A stretch of DNA of 64,000 nt, taken from NCBI GenBank assembly GCA_965603825.1, contig CBFDEM010000024.1:186001-250000 (forward strand), in the 5' to 3' direction. This document shows positions 36,541-49,519 of the stretch, one piece after another; the stretch's first letter is position 1, and each line of letters opens with the position of its first letter. Under the pieces are notes generated by a model. That model was not told the origin of the DNA. It searched no databases and worked only from the letters and a program-made list of their open reading frames with translations. This stretch comes from Blepharisma stoltei ATCC 30299 (Eukaryota; Protista; Ciliophora). Both the position numbers and the translations under genes were made by a program.

Positions 36541-37059
36541 TTAAACTTCTTTAATAAACTGTGCATTGTCAATTTCTAGTCCTCTAAGCACAGCTGATAG
36601 TAATTCTTCCTGAAAAATTATTCCACTCCTCTCTAAAATATATTGATACTTATTATGTTTGATATAAAACTGTGAAACTCCTTTACTCCCTACAATTTCA
36701 GAAATAGGTATAGTTAATGTTTGATATTGCTTTCTAAAGCCATATGTTTTAATTTCAATAGTTTTCCCATCTATCAAAAGATTGAGCTCTTCAATCATAA
36801 GATAAGCGCTTTCTCAAGCTTTTTGAGAAAATAATAAGCTGAATCCAAATAAAGCTAGTGAAGCATATGATGGGTAGATTAATTGATAATAAGATATGCT
36901 TCCAACTGATCCCATCATTCCTCCAATAAAAAAATACTTAAAGCTAGATCCAAGATTACTTGAATAAATGAGTAATTTTCCATCATCAGCGAAATAAGAA
37001 GCCTGCTTGGGTACAAAGGTGCCTGCACTTCTAATAATGCATTGAGATATCCTCATCAT
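36541..37059 (-). CDS. Probable mitochondrial 2-TM protein (TMEM70/186/223-like architecture), 172 aa
   Basis: Arg/Ser-rich presequence-like N-terminus, LIY.S, two TM segments, I.EL.LL.DGKTIEIKT; one TGA. Confidence 0.6.
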
Positions 37060-37312
37060 TTTTACCTAATAATTATCCTAGCAAAAATGCTTAGCTATTT
37101 AATTAAATTAACATATTAAGGAGCTTGAAATTAAATACTTATAGCTCGGCATTAAAAAATAAACGTAAATTGATATTACTTATTTTGAAAATAAAAATAT
37201 TCTAATTAAATATTCAAATAAAGCTTAAATATGTTTTTAATTATTTTGAACTTAAATTTTTCGATGCTTAAGCTAATTTCATTCATATTGTATTAATTTT
37301 TAATCATCCTAA

Positions 37313-39239
37313 ATGGTAACTTTTAATTCAGCCTCCAAAACAAAAGAAAAAGAAATCCAAGAAGCAGCTTCTAGAAGAGCAGGCCAAACTTCAAGAAGAA
37401 CTCAGAATTCAAGAAGAGCTCGAAAGAATCAGAAAAGCTGAAGAAGAAAAGAAACGGCTGGAAGAAGAAGAAATCAAAAGGCAAGAAGATGAAAAACTCC
37501 GTCAAGAAGAAGAAGCCAGGCTCTCCCAAGAACGTGAACTTCTTCATCCATGGCTTGAAAAAGTGACCCGCGAGCTCATAAAAATCAAAGAAATTAACAA
37601 AGCTCAAGAAGAATGAAAAAAGTACATTGAGTGTGATCCAATGCCAGATCCCACTATAGAAAAACAAATGACTGCTTATATCACTCTTCTCTCTGAACAA
37701 AAAATCGAAGACTTAGAAGAAGCACTCAATAAGTTCCAGCAAACCGAAAAAATCGTGAAAAATATTTACTACTCATTAGGAGATGCACTAGAAGAATATA
37801 ATTCAGTCAAAAAAATGTGGTGCTATAATTATATTACGACACTAAGGTCGTTAGCAAAAAGAAAAATTGATGAAGCCATTTCAGAAATTCTGATGCACGC
37901 TGATGAGCATTTATTAAAACCTCCAGAGCCTGTTTCGTCAACACTTACAGCAACTTCGAAACATATGAAAGGAGCACTAGATCCAGTACAAGTAAAAGAA
38001 ACTTATATAAAATCACAAAGGGAAGAGATTAGAGTAGGACTGTGGCTGAATTATCAAAATACTGGGCATAAGTTTAAACCGATAGATTTTGATGAGCTTA
38101 CTATGTATGCAGATATGCCTAGACAGTACGCTGATGACCCATGTGTGATGAGAGCGATGTGGACAAATTCTAACTTAATTTCAACTATGATTGAAACCCC
38201 AGAGCTTGTAGTTGGAGGTGTCTATGAAGTGCATATATACAGGTTCCCAGAATTGCCTAAAAATGTAAGAGAATGGAGACTGAGACCTGTAAAAACTCTA
38301 GAAAATATGCTAGTTCAAAGACCATACCCACCAAGCGACTTGATTTCAGGGATGTCACTCTCCAACATTAACCCATTAAAAATGATGTATCAGCTTCCTA
38401 GTAATGTCTACTTGCCAGATCCTAATGGCTACAAAGTCTGTTGGTGGGATTCTACTACATTAAGCTGGAGCAACAATGAAATATCTGATCTGAATTTTGA
38501 TGCTGTCTCAAAAACCATTGCATTTAAAATAAAAAAACTCGCACCTTTAGCCGTTGTGATCCCTAGAATCACTGATTACCCTTATTCCTATTTCTATTTA
38601 AGAGCAGTTTCTGATGACCAAGTTTTGCTTGACATCACTGGAAAAAGGATGCCGTTTTCATTTATTATTACGCCTGGAAACTTAGAGTTCGTAAACACTC
38701 AAAATATCATTGAGCTTAGGTACTTAGAAGGGGTAAAAATGCCGCCTGGAGCGTTATTGTTTGAGCTTTCTACATGTGGAGTTCATTTAATACCTGAACC
38801 CAGAGATTGTGAAGCTTCAGGGATAAAAAATAAAAGCCTTGATGCAGAAGAGCTGGCTATTATGGATTTATCGATGAATATAAGGACCTTTGCTTTTAGA
38901 AGCTCAAAGTGGAATAAAGATGCAAGTGAAGAAATGGTGCTGGTAAGGGTGAGAGAAAACTTGGAATATGACAGTTTCTTTGCAGAAGATGAAGAGCATG
39001 ATTGGAGAACTGTGGCTTGGCATGCTAATAAGTGCCACTTTGTTAATGCGAGAGAAAATGCCAGTGAAATGAATTTGAATATCCCTCAAGGGCATGAAAC
39101 GCACTTTATGCTGCAAATTGCGATGAATGGGAATTGCACAGAGCTAGCTGAAAATAGGATGAATGAACTTAAAAGTGTTGATTTATCAGATACTGTGAAA
39201 AAGACGTTAAGACTATTGAAGATCCTAAGCTTTACTTAA
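37313..39239 (+). CDS. DNAI7: Axonemal dynein intermediate chain 7 (CASC1/IC97/CFAP94), 636 aa
   Basis: ATG, 16-nt intron, then PPKQKKKK; E/K coiled coil; E[TGA=W]KKYIECDPMPDP, GLWLN, VVGGV, WWD..W, FRSSKWN, final LL.ILSFT. Confidence 0.88.
37316..37331 (+). other. 16-nt intron directly after the start codon
   Basis: ATG|GTAACTTTTAATTCAG|CCT; removal puts the ATG in frame with the long ORF. Confidence 0.85.
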
Positions 39240-39332
39240 GATAAAAAATTATTAAAAATATAACTTATTGGTAATAAATAATTTTTTGCTTGAACTTGGT
39301 TTTATTTTAAGTATTGCATTTATATAAATTAA

Positions 39333-39944
39333 ATGCAAAGAAGAAAATATTCAGAAAACATACAAGTTTTCAATCAAATTTTGGAAGAAAAGCGCAGCTT
39401 GGTCGCACTTCAAAGAAAAATTGAGTCTTTGCAATCCAAAAGAAGAAAAATCAAGATTTTAGTCCAAATTTCAAATGTAAAATTTGACAAAAAAAGCGTA
39501 GAGGCGAATGAAATTGAATATACTCCTAATATTGAAAGGAAGTGTATCAAGCCAAATTTTGCATCTTTCTTTGATTTAATGAAGTTCGGCAAGGAAAGAA
39601 AAGAGCGACTTCTAAGACACAGAAAATCTGAGACTCCAGCTATAAAATCTATTAAAAATGAGAGCTTAAGCGAGATTCCTCCATTTATTGGGAGTAAAAA
39701 TATTCCAAGTAAAGAATATTTCAGCCCGCTAAGACCAAAGACACCAACTGAAGCTTATAAACCTTTAATAAACAGCAGGGTAAGATCAGTCCGTTGAGTG
39801 AAAAGAAAAAATATGCCTAATAGTGATTTTTCATATTCTCAATCTCCTGTGCAGGAAAAATCCAACTCCATATTTGAAGATGGGCAACTGGGTTTCTTGC
39901 AAGTTAATAGGAGCAATAAAGTTTGTAAGATAAAAAATATATAA
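39333..39944 (+). CDS. Hypothetical basic protein, 203 aa
   Basis: ORF extends through TGA 39795-39797 to TAA 39942-39944. Confidence 0.65.
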
Positions 39945-40211
39945 GGAATTCAAATTTTATTAATTATTTTTGAGTTTGCTAAAGGCAAATTTGAAATATA
40001 TTTACACTTTGTTGTAGTCTCAAAAGGCAAATTATAGCTTGAATATACTACTGTTAATATCTAAATAATTTGAATTCAAATAAATATATAATTTACTTAA
40101 CTAATAATTTTATTAGATTAATATAAGATCCCTCTATCGATATCATGCAGGCAATACCAGCAAAAGGAATTTCTAAATAAATTTAAGATTATCAAATATT
40201 ACAAAACGGAT

Positions 40212-43200
40212 ATGAAGCTAATTCTTTTCTTAATTCCTTTCGCATTTGCTGCTGATTATGTCATAACTACTGCGAAAGGGGCCACCGAAGTAAATTGTAC
40301 ATACCCTTTATGCTCTCTGTGCAACTCTACCACAGCTTATCAAATAGATGACTTCAGCTCTTTCCAAATCCCCGACTACTTGGCTTCCACATCTGAGCTT
40401 TTGCAAGAAATGATCGAAGAGCTTTCCAGCTATTTAAACGCTTCAACCTACTTAGTTTCAGTAGGAAAAACTGGGCTCTGTGTAGAAGCTAATGATATTG
40501 AAGAAGGGGCAAATCTAGATGACATGTACCTAGACCTTATAGATGTGGAATATAAAGAAATTGTTCTTATTGAAATATTCGATGCAGACGTAGAAATTGG
40601 AAAAGCTATTGGAAGAGCTGAAAGAGGAGCCGGCAATGGGTATGATTGGACCAATCTACAAGTACAGTTTTCGGCTTTTGATAATGCAATTATCAGCAGC
40701 TCTGTAACTTTTGAGCTTGAAGAAATTTGGCATATTTTCGACTCAGGACACCAAGAAACCCAATATTTAGGACTTTCCTATCTTGGAGCTAGCATGGAGT
40801 ATGAAAATGAATTCAGAATTTTCACAGAGTATGACAGAGAAGAAAACCAAGATTTTAATGTCACCATATTCAATGAAGTTGTATTACTAGGAGACTTCGC
40901 AGATGCTTTAGACTATGATTTAAAATGCTCTGAAGTCGAAAGTCCAAGAGGCTTGGATTATGTGTCTTTATTGCTGCCAAATTATGCATTAATGGTGTTC
41001 ACGACAAATTTCACTGAAAGTTTTGTCCAAGTTTTATCTATAATTGAAGCTGATTCCCCTGATTTTAGTATTGCTCAAGGAATTTTAATAGAAAACCCAA
41101 TAGCTTATTTGAATATTTACCACAACACCTCATACTGCCAACTTGATATTAAAGGAGAATGAAATGTTCCAGATACCCCTCAGTTTACAATAGATGTCCT
41201 AAGCAGCAAAAATGAGCCTTATTATGCTTTGGCCCATATAACTGATCCTATTGCAGAAATTTCTTTTACCCAGCTTGAAAACTTATTTAGTCAGCTATCA
41301 GCTGATTTTTCTTCAATTTTTCCTATTTACCAAACACAAACTGAACTGATAAACAGACTTTATGAAATTAAATGCATAAATACCAAGCTTGAGCTCGATT
41401 TCGCCCCAGAAACTTATGTGACTCTTGATTGTGATGGGAAAATTGTCCAGGAATACGACTCTAAAGTAAATGGCTATTTCGGAAGATTCAATACAACAGT
41501 TGAAGATTCATTTAGCTTTAGCGACATTTTACGAGAGTCTCTTGGGTATTTATTAGGGGAAGGGTTTCCTGAGTACTCTAGCATTACAAATATGAACTTT
41601 AATTCAAGCACTTCTGATGTGAATTTAGAGGAGTCTTATTTATCAGCTCCATACATATTTCCTGCAGGGATTCAATTTGCTTATGATATAAACCAAATTA
41701 GTAACTGTACCTCTGATACTAAATGCGAAAATATCGTGGTTTATAACCTAACAGACCCAGTCAATATGATAGGAGAGTATTTTCCTAATGACTTCTTCAT
41801 GTCTGGAGGCATGGATGTGGTGTATGTAGCACATGAAGTATATCTTTATGACACTTTAATGGTGAAATATTTTGAGCCACTGTCTCCAGTCTATATTTCA
41901 GGGCTGCTTGACATTCTTCTAGACTCAGACTCCTTCAGCACTTTTACTGCAAATGTCACCTTAGACGAAGATGGCTCTGACATTTATTATTTAGCTGGCC
42001 GCCTTCAAGAAGAATGAACTACTGTATTTGGCGTCCCAGGGTTGCTTATTTCTTCATTAGATCTCAATTATGAAGTCAAAAATAGAGAAATTTTAACTGA
42101 ATACAACCCAGGACAAGCATCATTTTCATGTGGGGAAAATAAATACTGCTGGAATGGAGAAGCTTATGTAGAGATTGATCATGATAACTATAATTATAAT
42201 CAGCTGGATTTAGTTATGCAAGCTGCTGATGCTGACACGTTCTTTAGAAGTGTTGCAGGGATACAGGCAACGAATTTGGCAAAGACTTTTAATTTTACTG
42301 GCGGGGCAAATATTGATATACAGCTGCTGGAATCGGTAAACACAGAGCAAGGGGTTATAATTGAAGGCCAAGCTGAATTTTTGGGACTTCCATGCAATTT
42401 TTATATAAAAACTGAAATTAATTCAAGCTCATTTATTGCTGATGTAGATGTGGTGCCATTTATTATGGGGTATGGGAATATTTTTGTTATGAATGTGACT
42501 GGGGAGGATATGCATGTAGATCTAGATATAAGCGAAAATTCCACGTATGGGACTATGGATGTTAATGCAAGCTTATGGTCAATAACAGGCAAAACTGAAT
42601 TGGAGATGGATGACACTTTAATTTCATTCAAAACTACCGGGTATCCTTTTAAAGGAAATTACCTAATGAATTTAACAGTAGAAACCGAACCCTCAAGTGA
42701 TATTACAAAAAGCACTGCTTTTGTATACGGAGATCTCTCTTCAGATGACATTGAACAACTGAACTCTGATATGACAAAACTGATAGAAGAATGAATCGAA
42801 CAAGGAACAACTGCCCTTCAAATGTGTGAAAACAGCTTAGACGACCAAGAAACAGTTGTTTCCCAGTCAGAGTCCAAACAATGCACAGAGCCATGCCCAA
42901 CTGAAGAGATTTGTACATCTCCAGTGACATCTTCATGTGTAGACTATTCTTACGCTATGGACTGTCTCCAAAACTCCACTGCCTGTGACTCAGTCTCAGT
43001 TTTATGTTATTCCTACACAGTTTATTGTCTTGAAGAATCTACTTATTGTGTCAGTTACGAAAAAAATATGCCAAATGTTTGCAAAGAATACAAAACTGAA
43101 TGTGTAAGCACAGTCGACACTTGTGATGAATATTACTTAGACTGTGTAGGAGAGCAGACAGGGAATTGTGAAGTCATTGATTTTATATCAACTGGAGAAT

Positions 43201-43661
43201 GTGCTGAGACTGCTTTTAGATGTGAAATGAAAGAAGTTCCTGAAATGCAGTGCGAGTCTAGTTGTGAGTATGAGAAATTAGTACTAAAAGATGAATATCA
43301 GCGATTGGAGTATTATCAGAATGTTAGTGTAGAAACAGAAAGCGAGCTGGGTGGGTTTAGGAATCTCAGCGATTTTGAGAATCTGATTGATATTAAAAGA
43401 GGAAACTTCGAGCTTGAGCTTTATGAATCAGGTATAGGACCTGGAGATATACAAATTACTTTTGATTTATCAGTCCCTGATATATCAACTTATACAATGG
43501 CTGATATAAGTGTCACTATCATATGGAACTTTTTTAATTCTGACGAAAACCTCGACTCTTTAATGTACGAAGTAAAAAAAGCGATCATTGATATGAGCAA
43601 CAGCACGCTCACATACGATTTATTAGAAAAATCTCCATTAGAAGTTTATTTAGAGCATTAA
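40212..43661 (+). CDS. Large secreted acidic protein with a Cys-periodic segment, 1149 aa
   Basis: Signal peptide; four same-frame pieces joined by 3 TGA codons; strongly D/E-rich with many N-x-S/T sites. Confidence 0.85.
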
Positions 43662-43667
43662 CCATAA

Positions 43668-44816
43668 TTAACCCAATTTCATTAAATTTTGTTTGATAAG
43701 GCTGATTTGTTCTTGGCTCCATTCTAATCTTCCGTCTAAATGCATAATTAATTCTTCATCGGTCAGCAATATTAAATTACTCACACTTGCTGGCTGCGTT
43801 AAGTCAAATCTTACTGCTTCAATTGATTTCTTAGAGTTGCTATAAGCTGACCTCAAATTCCATAAAGTCCTTACCACCTGTTCGATTTCTTCAATGTCCA
43901 TCTCTAGTTCTGAATGAAAATGATTTTTTTCTAATAGCTCTAGATGGCGAACAAGTCGCAAAAATGAAGTTTTTCGGTAGTTGTCTCTAATAAAAGGCTC
44001 AAAACTAACTCCTCCAAGCTTGGATAAGACATAAGAAGCTACAGAATTTCCAGTGATAGAAGTTAGTGTTCCAATTGCAGGAATGGGCATTTGTTTTATT
44101 GGGTTTTGTGGATCTAAAAGTAAATACCGAGGTGTTTCTGCTAAATAAACTACTTGTACTCCTTCAGCTATTCCACGCTTCTTTAGGGTTTTACGAAGCT
44201 TGCGGACTGTGTCACAATTTTTGGTGTTAGAGATATCAGCAACTTCAACACGAGTAGGATCAATTTTTCCAGCAGCTGAAGCGGTAGTAATAATATTTAT
44301 TTGATTTTGCAAACAATATTGTATTAAATCTGCTTTACAGCTGACGTTCCCTATACAGTCAACTACATAATCAGGGTTCCCAGCAAGTAAGCTACTAGCA
44401 TTTTCTAATGAGAAATAAGCTTTTTGAATTTCAATTTCACATTGTGGGATTATTTTTCCTATGTGAGCTTTTAGCACATCAGTTTTATGTTTCCCAATAT
44501 CCCTTGTTTTCGCTACTCCATGGCCATTTAAGGCTCCTGCTGTAAGCACGCTGTTATCAATGATTCTCACTTTTTTTACACCAGAGCGTGCCAAAGTTAT
44601 CACACAGTGGCTTCCAATGCCTCCTAGTCCTAAGACAACCACAAAGCTTGACTGGATTTTGTCTTGGCCTTCTTTGAAAAATTGATGATTTCTTACCAGC
44701 TGGTCTTTTAATGGGAAACTTTTCTGCTTTTTTTTCTTCATCAATAGCAGCTTTACTACATAGGAGCCCATGCCGATTCCTATAAGAAACATTATGATCT
44801 CTTTCAATAGTCCCAT
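43668..44816 (-). CDS. ThiF/E1-like tRNA t6A dehydratase (TcdA/Tcd1/2-like)
   Basis: N-terminal TM, QLVRN..FF, VVLGLGGIGSH, PDYVVDCI, AAGKIDPT. Confidence 0.88.
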   Translation of the reverse strand: MGLLKEIIMFLIGIGMGSYVVKLLLMKKKKQKSFPLKDQLVRNHQFFKEGQDKIQSSFVVVLGLGGIGSHCVITLARSGVKKVRIIDNSVLTAGALNGHGVAKTRDIGKHKTDVLKAHIGKIIPQCEIEIQKAYFSLENASSLLAGNPDYVVDCIGNVSCKADLIQYCLQNQINIITTASAAGKIDPTRVEVADISNTKNCDTVRKLRKTLKKRGIAEGVQVVYLAETPRYLLLDPQNPIKQMPIPAIGTLTSITGNSVASYVLSKLGGVSFEPFIRDNYRKTSFLRLVRHLELLEKNHFHSELEMDIEEIEQVVRTLWNLRSAYSNSKKSIEAVRFDLTQPASVSNLILLTDEELIMHLDGRLEWSQEQISLIKQNLMKLG

Positions 44817-44868
44817 AATCTATATAAAAAATTAATTATAATTAAATTAGGCAACTCTGTTATGTTAT

Positions 44869-45867
44869 TTATTCGTAAAGAAATACTGGAGTTTTGCTTG
44901 CCTTCTCAAGGTTCCATCCAAAGAGTAAGTCAATTGAGTTTCCTAAGCTCTTTCCACAGACGTATAAGTCGCTTGAGCAATTAAGGACGTTTTCAATATC
45001 AGCGTCAATAGTAACAAGAGAGTTGTAATAGTTGGCATATAAAGTTTTAAGTCCTGCCTCACTGACAAAGCTTTTCTTAATTGTGGCAAACAAAGTTTCG
45101 AATGGGCATTGGCTTGAAATAAGCTGAAGCTGAGGTTCAATTTCTTTGAATTCTGCAATTAAAGTATCAATGGCTGCAATATCCCAGGTCAAAATTTTTT
45201 CAATTGTAGCATACCCATTGGTGAAAATTTGGGCAAATTTGGTAATATCTGTATAGCAGGCGCCTGGAGTTGAGACTTGACCTTCAAAACCATCAAGTAA
45301 GCCTTTTCCGAATTGGGTGAATTCGTTGATGACGCTTGATTCGCTTGATAGCAAAGCTTTCCCAGTGTATGGTGGCACCATGTACCTCATAGCAGTTCCG
45401 AAGTTCTTGCCTGCTTTTTGGAAGTTAAAACCAAGGAGGTCGAGTGTGGATGCAGCAAGATATGATTCAATGACGTTTCTTTGCATTAAGAGGTTTCCTA
45501 CCACATACCAGCTTCCTTTGTTCTTTAACTCAGCATTCAAGTTTGTGATAATTTGGTTCATTCCACAGCCTGAGGCCATTTTTTCGAGGTCTTTTCCGAA
45601 GGTCTTGATGCTGCTATAAGCATCGAATGGGTGGAATTTGAGGACGCTGGCAATGATATTGACCATGTCGGAGTCAAGCTTTCCTTGTGAGGCTTGATCT
45701 AAGCAGGTTGCTGGAAGAGTGTAAGTTGCACCGGTATAACTGCTCATGAAAGCTCCCACGAAGGTCTTAAAGTCATCGTAGTTTCCTTGGAAGAGTGATG
45801 CTGGGACGGAGGTTTCAGCGCTGGAGAGAGCCACGAAAGCTACGAAAAGGAATAAAATCTTTGACAT
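44869..45867 (-). CDS. Secreted protein with two internal helical Cys-containing repeats
   Basis: Signal peptide MSKILFLFVAFVALSSA (ATG 45867); repeats F..(A/G)(F/L)...C...C...(A/C)GK.(F/L)G; relatively GC-rich codons. Confidence 0.8.
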   Translation of the reverse strand: MSKILFLFVAFVALSSAETSVPASLFQGNYDDFKTFVGAFMSSYTGATYTLPATCLDQASQGKLDSDMVNIIASVLKFHPFDAYSSIKTFGKDLEKMASGCGMNQIITNLNAELKNKGSWYVVGNLLMQRNVIESYLAASTLDLLGFNFQKAGKNFGTAMRYMVPPYTGKALLSSESSVINEFTQFGKGLLDGFEGQVSTPGACYTDITKFAQIFTNGYATIEKILTWDIAAIDTLIAEFKEIEPQLQLISSQCPFETLFATIKKSFVSEAGLKTLYANYYNSLVTIDADIENVLNCSSDLYVCGKSLGNSIDLLFGWNLEKASKTPVFLYE

Positions 45868-46385
45868 TTTATTATTATCGCAGCCCATTTTTGTCATCAG
45901 AATATGTTCAACAGGTTTGAATAGAATTATAAAATTATGCTTTTTATTCTAAGAGAAGAAAATTAGGAGAAGTTAGATGTAAAAATAAGCTTAAATATGC
46001 TGGAGAGGGTCATGGAAAAAGGCTTAAAGGAGATGATTTGTAACGTTGAGATGAGGAAACTTCAGTGATAGTTCAATTTTTTAAGACTTAGCTTTAAAGT
46101 AAAGGATATGGATGGCGATGATGGAATACTTTAAGTACAGCTTAAATAATCGATTTTTTAATATAAATTTGTTAGACGGTAAAGATTTTATAGAGATTAA
46201 CTGGGAAGGACCGTTAATTGCAAGAAAATAAACAACAGTTTAAAAAGCATTCTAATGCATTTTTATTTTGGAAAAGAACCCTAAGTTTATTCGGAGAGAT
46301 TGTAAAAACAGCGTCAACAAAATTTGAGCTAAAAAATTAATTTTTAAATAATTTCCATCTTAAAATACTAGGCGGTGCATAAACT

Positions 46386-47084
46386 ATGGACAACCAAACC
46401 GCCTATAAACTAGCAACCCCTGAAAGATGCAAAAAGCTTATGAATCTTTCCCGCCAAGTGCTAGAAAAAGTAAAAACTAGTGGAGTTACCTCAGGCAACC
46501 AGATAGCAAAAGAAATCCTCAACGATTTATCTGAGAATTCTTATGGGGCCGAATTCAAAAATATCCAGCGGCGGGTCTACGATGCACTTAACGTGCTCCA
46601 TGCCCTAAATGTTATTTCAAAATTCCGAAATGAAATCTCCTACCAAGGCTTCTCAAACGACAAAGAAGAAAAGATCATTCGCGGAACTTTAGATGCTAAA
46701 AAATCTGTTATTGAAGAAAAAAGAAAAGCTTTAAACGAAAATTTAATGCATTATACAGCTTTGAGAAAGCTTTTAAATAGAAATATGAGCCAAGAATTAA
46801 AACCAAATGTTCAGCTCCCTTGTGTTGTAATTAAGGGAAAAGAGATGAAAATTGATATCCAAGAGAATAATGTAATAATAGTGTCAAAAAATCCAATGGC
46901 AATTTACAATGATGCTCATTTGATGGCAAATATGAAGTTTCATCATATTAATAACGAGGAATTATTAGAGAATTTCCCAAAAGAGTTGATTGATACAATA
47001 AATAATGAGGAAGAAGATGTGAAGGAAAAGGATTATAGAAAACTCTGTATTGAAATGTTTAGGAAAGGTCAATGTAATAATTAA
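46386..47084 (+). CDS. E2F dimerisation partner (DP) family transcription factor
   Basis: L..LS..V.EKV...G.TS...A, KNIQRRVYDALNVL, then L..RN..V.LP. Confidence 0.9.
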   Translation: MDNQTAYKLATPERCKKLMNLSRQVLEKVKTSGVTSGNQIAKEILNDLSENSYGAEFKNIQRRVYDALNVLHALNVISKFRNEISYQGFSNDKEEKIIRGTLDAKKSVIEEKRKALNENLMHYTALRKLLNRNMSQELKPNVQLPCVVIKGKEMKIDIQENNVIIVSKNPMAIYNDAHLMANMKFHHINNEELLENFPKELIDTINNEEEDVKEKDYRKLCIEMFRKGQCNN

Positions 47085-47166
47085 AAATTAATACTTTTAT
47101 TGAAACTTCGAATGGCGAGAGGCTGAGCTTAAGGAATATCAGGATTTTTTATTACTATTAAAAGAA

Positions 47167-48375
47167 TTAATTAAGAATATCTCGCTCAATTTGCTTATTC
47201 TGAGCGATAAGAAACTCTAATTCTTTTATACTTGAGCTCGTAAATGTTTTCAAAACAATTTCATACATGTGCTGTTTTCCTTCTTTAAATTTAGGGATAA
47301 CGCCATTCAATAAAGTTCCCGTCACAATATTTACTATCTTTTCAACACATTTTAGCTCTTCTTCAAGATTCGTTATTTCTCTTGAAGTCTTTTCTATATA
47401 CTGTTCTTTGTTCTTCTGCAACAAAATCTGTACAAAGTTCTTTTTCCCTGACTGTATTTTTATCAAATTTTCTCTTTCTTCATCAATTCTGTCTGCAATT
47501 TTCAGTTTTATAGCTTCCAGCATGAATCTTCCCTGAATTGCTTCATTCAGTCCTTCTAAATCCAGAATCTCAGTCCTTACTCAGCCCAATAAAACTGAAT
47601 ATGGGTTTGTTGTCAAATTTCTGGTTTCCAAGTTAATATTTTTTTCTTCAGCATAGACCTGATTGACGCTTTTTAAATCAATAAATAAGTTCTGGACTTC
47701 TTTTTGATAATACTCAAAGTAATCTGTTGTATATTTGCATCAGCCTTCAAATACTTGAAGTTGAGCTAAACAGCCGGAAAAATGCTTTTGGGCATCTTCC
47801 ATTTCTTTGTGGCTTTCTGAATTTGAAACGAAGCTTGTGAATTCTGAAAAAACTTCTTTGTAGAGAGGGGCGAGCTTTTGGAATGGCAGACGACCATAAT
47901 GCCCTACGCATTTGTGAAACTCTTGAGGACCTCGAACGAATTGCTGGACTATTTCTGAGTGGTATATGTAAGGGATTTTGGCTATTTTCATGAGAAAAGC
48001 TTCAAGAAGCACTTTTCGCTTGTCAATAAAATCTTTTCCGAGGTTTCCCTATATGATTTTTACAGTCATTTGTTTTGGAGGAATTTGAGGCATGTAGCAG
48101 CCTGGCCATTGCCTTGATAGAATATCTCTAAGCGCTTTAAAATCTTTATATCGACGACTCGTTTGAATGTTTCCTGTGGAATCAGATCCACTAATAGGAT
48201 ATGTCACAAAATTCCTTAGTGAGCCATTATTCACAGTTGGAGTTCCGAGAGAAATTGTAACGTTTTCTCTTGAATTTTTTGAGGAATTCAGCTTATCTAT
48301 ATTCACATACGAGAAATCTGATTCGATCAAATTATTATAGTTTTCCTCTGTTTCGCTTGATGGGTCAGACTCCAT
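47167..48375 (-). CDS. PX-domain sorting nexin with C-terminal helical (BAR-like) region, 397 aa
   Basis: RRYKDF..LR..L...WPGCYMPQIPPK|GN..FI..R..LLE.FL; one intron and two TGA codons. Confidence 0.88.
48049..48063 (-). other. 15-nt intron in the sorting nexin
   Basis: GTAAAAATCATATAG; removal gives PPKQMT-GNLGKDFI and eliminates a TAG. Confidence 0.92.
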
Positions 48376-48836
48376 TTTAATTAATTTGTCAACTTATAGT
48401 GTTTGAATTGCTTTTAATATTCAAAAAATCATTTGTTGCAATTTAAAAGAAATTAGATTTTGACAATTATCAATAACTGAAGTTAAATTTGATTATACTT
48501 GAGAAAAATATATAAAATTAGAGTCAATTTAATTTAGACGCTCTTTTCATGCTATAAATTTAAGAAAATGCTTGCCATGCTAATAAATTTATCATAATTA
48601 GCTCATTATTATCTATTTAAAGCTCTGAAGCTATGCATTATATATTCAATATTGATTACGCAGTTATTAATTCCATTTTTAAAGAAATTATTAGATTTTT
48701 GGTATTTTATGCAATTATAAACTGATCCAAAATAGTTCAAATATTTTTACATTATTATATAAGTATAAAAATTATAATATATTTATGCCATTTTTATATT
48801 GTAATAGGTGTCCATTTTATGTAAAGAAAAATTTAA

Positions 48837-49274
48837 ATGAATCTCGACTATAACTGCATAAAAAAAGATAAAGACCAACATCATGCAGATTTTTTTCACT
48901 CAAATCCATCTAAGGATGATAAAACAAGCGAACTCTTTAAAGAAAACTTCAAAAACTCACTAGGATATCGAAATTCTGTCAAAATTAAAACTGATTTATC
49001 AATATTTTTCAGCAAAAATCGCAAATCTTCTTCTCCTTTTGAAGTTGATAGCATAAATCTTAAAGAAATCGAATTATTAAGAAAAGCAGGCTTTAATGAC
49101 TTCTCCAATTTAGACAGAACTTGGATAAATGATTCAAGCCACTTAAACTATAGAGAAAACTCTCATAAATACTTTAAAAAAATTAATCCTCAATCTGAAT
49201 ATTTATCAAATTTTCCGAAAGAGGGTAAAATTAGAAAATATGAGAGTTCACAAAATTTTGGAGATGAAATATAA
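48837..49274 (+). CDS. Hypothetical protein
   Basis: 145-aa ATG-to-TAA ORF; no recognised motif. Confidence 0.5.
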   Translation: MNLDYNCIKKDKDQHHADFFHSNPSKDDKTSELFKENFKNSLGYRNSVKIKTDLSIFFSKNRKSSSPFEVDSINLKEIELLRKAGFNDFSNLDRTWINDSSHLNYRENSHKYFKKINPQSEYLSNFPKEGKIRKYESSQNFGDEI

Positions 49275-49519
49275 AGATTACTGAAGACTGAGTGGTAAAA
49301 TTTTAGAGCAGGAAAATTCTACTAATATTAATTAATATAAATTTAAACCAGCATAAAAATGCTTTACTAAAAATTAAAGTGACCCATCCATAATATATAG
49401 GGATTAAATTATCTCAAAAATGCTGCTAATCATATGATTTTTACTCCTTTCTTAATTTTATGAAAATAATAATGAAAACACTAATTTCTTTATAAATATA
49501 TTGTTCTTTATCTGATTTA

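Noticed and set aside
44869-45867. Secreted protein as a possible mating pheromone (gamone 1)
   Set aside because: Size and signal peptide alone are insufficient, and I cannot verify sequence similarity without a search.
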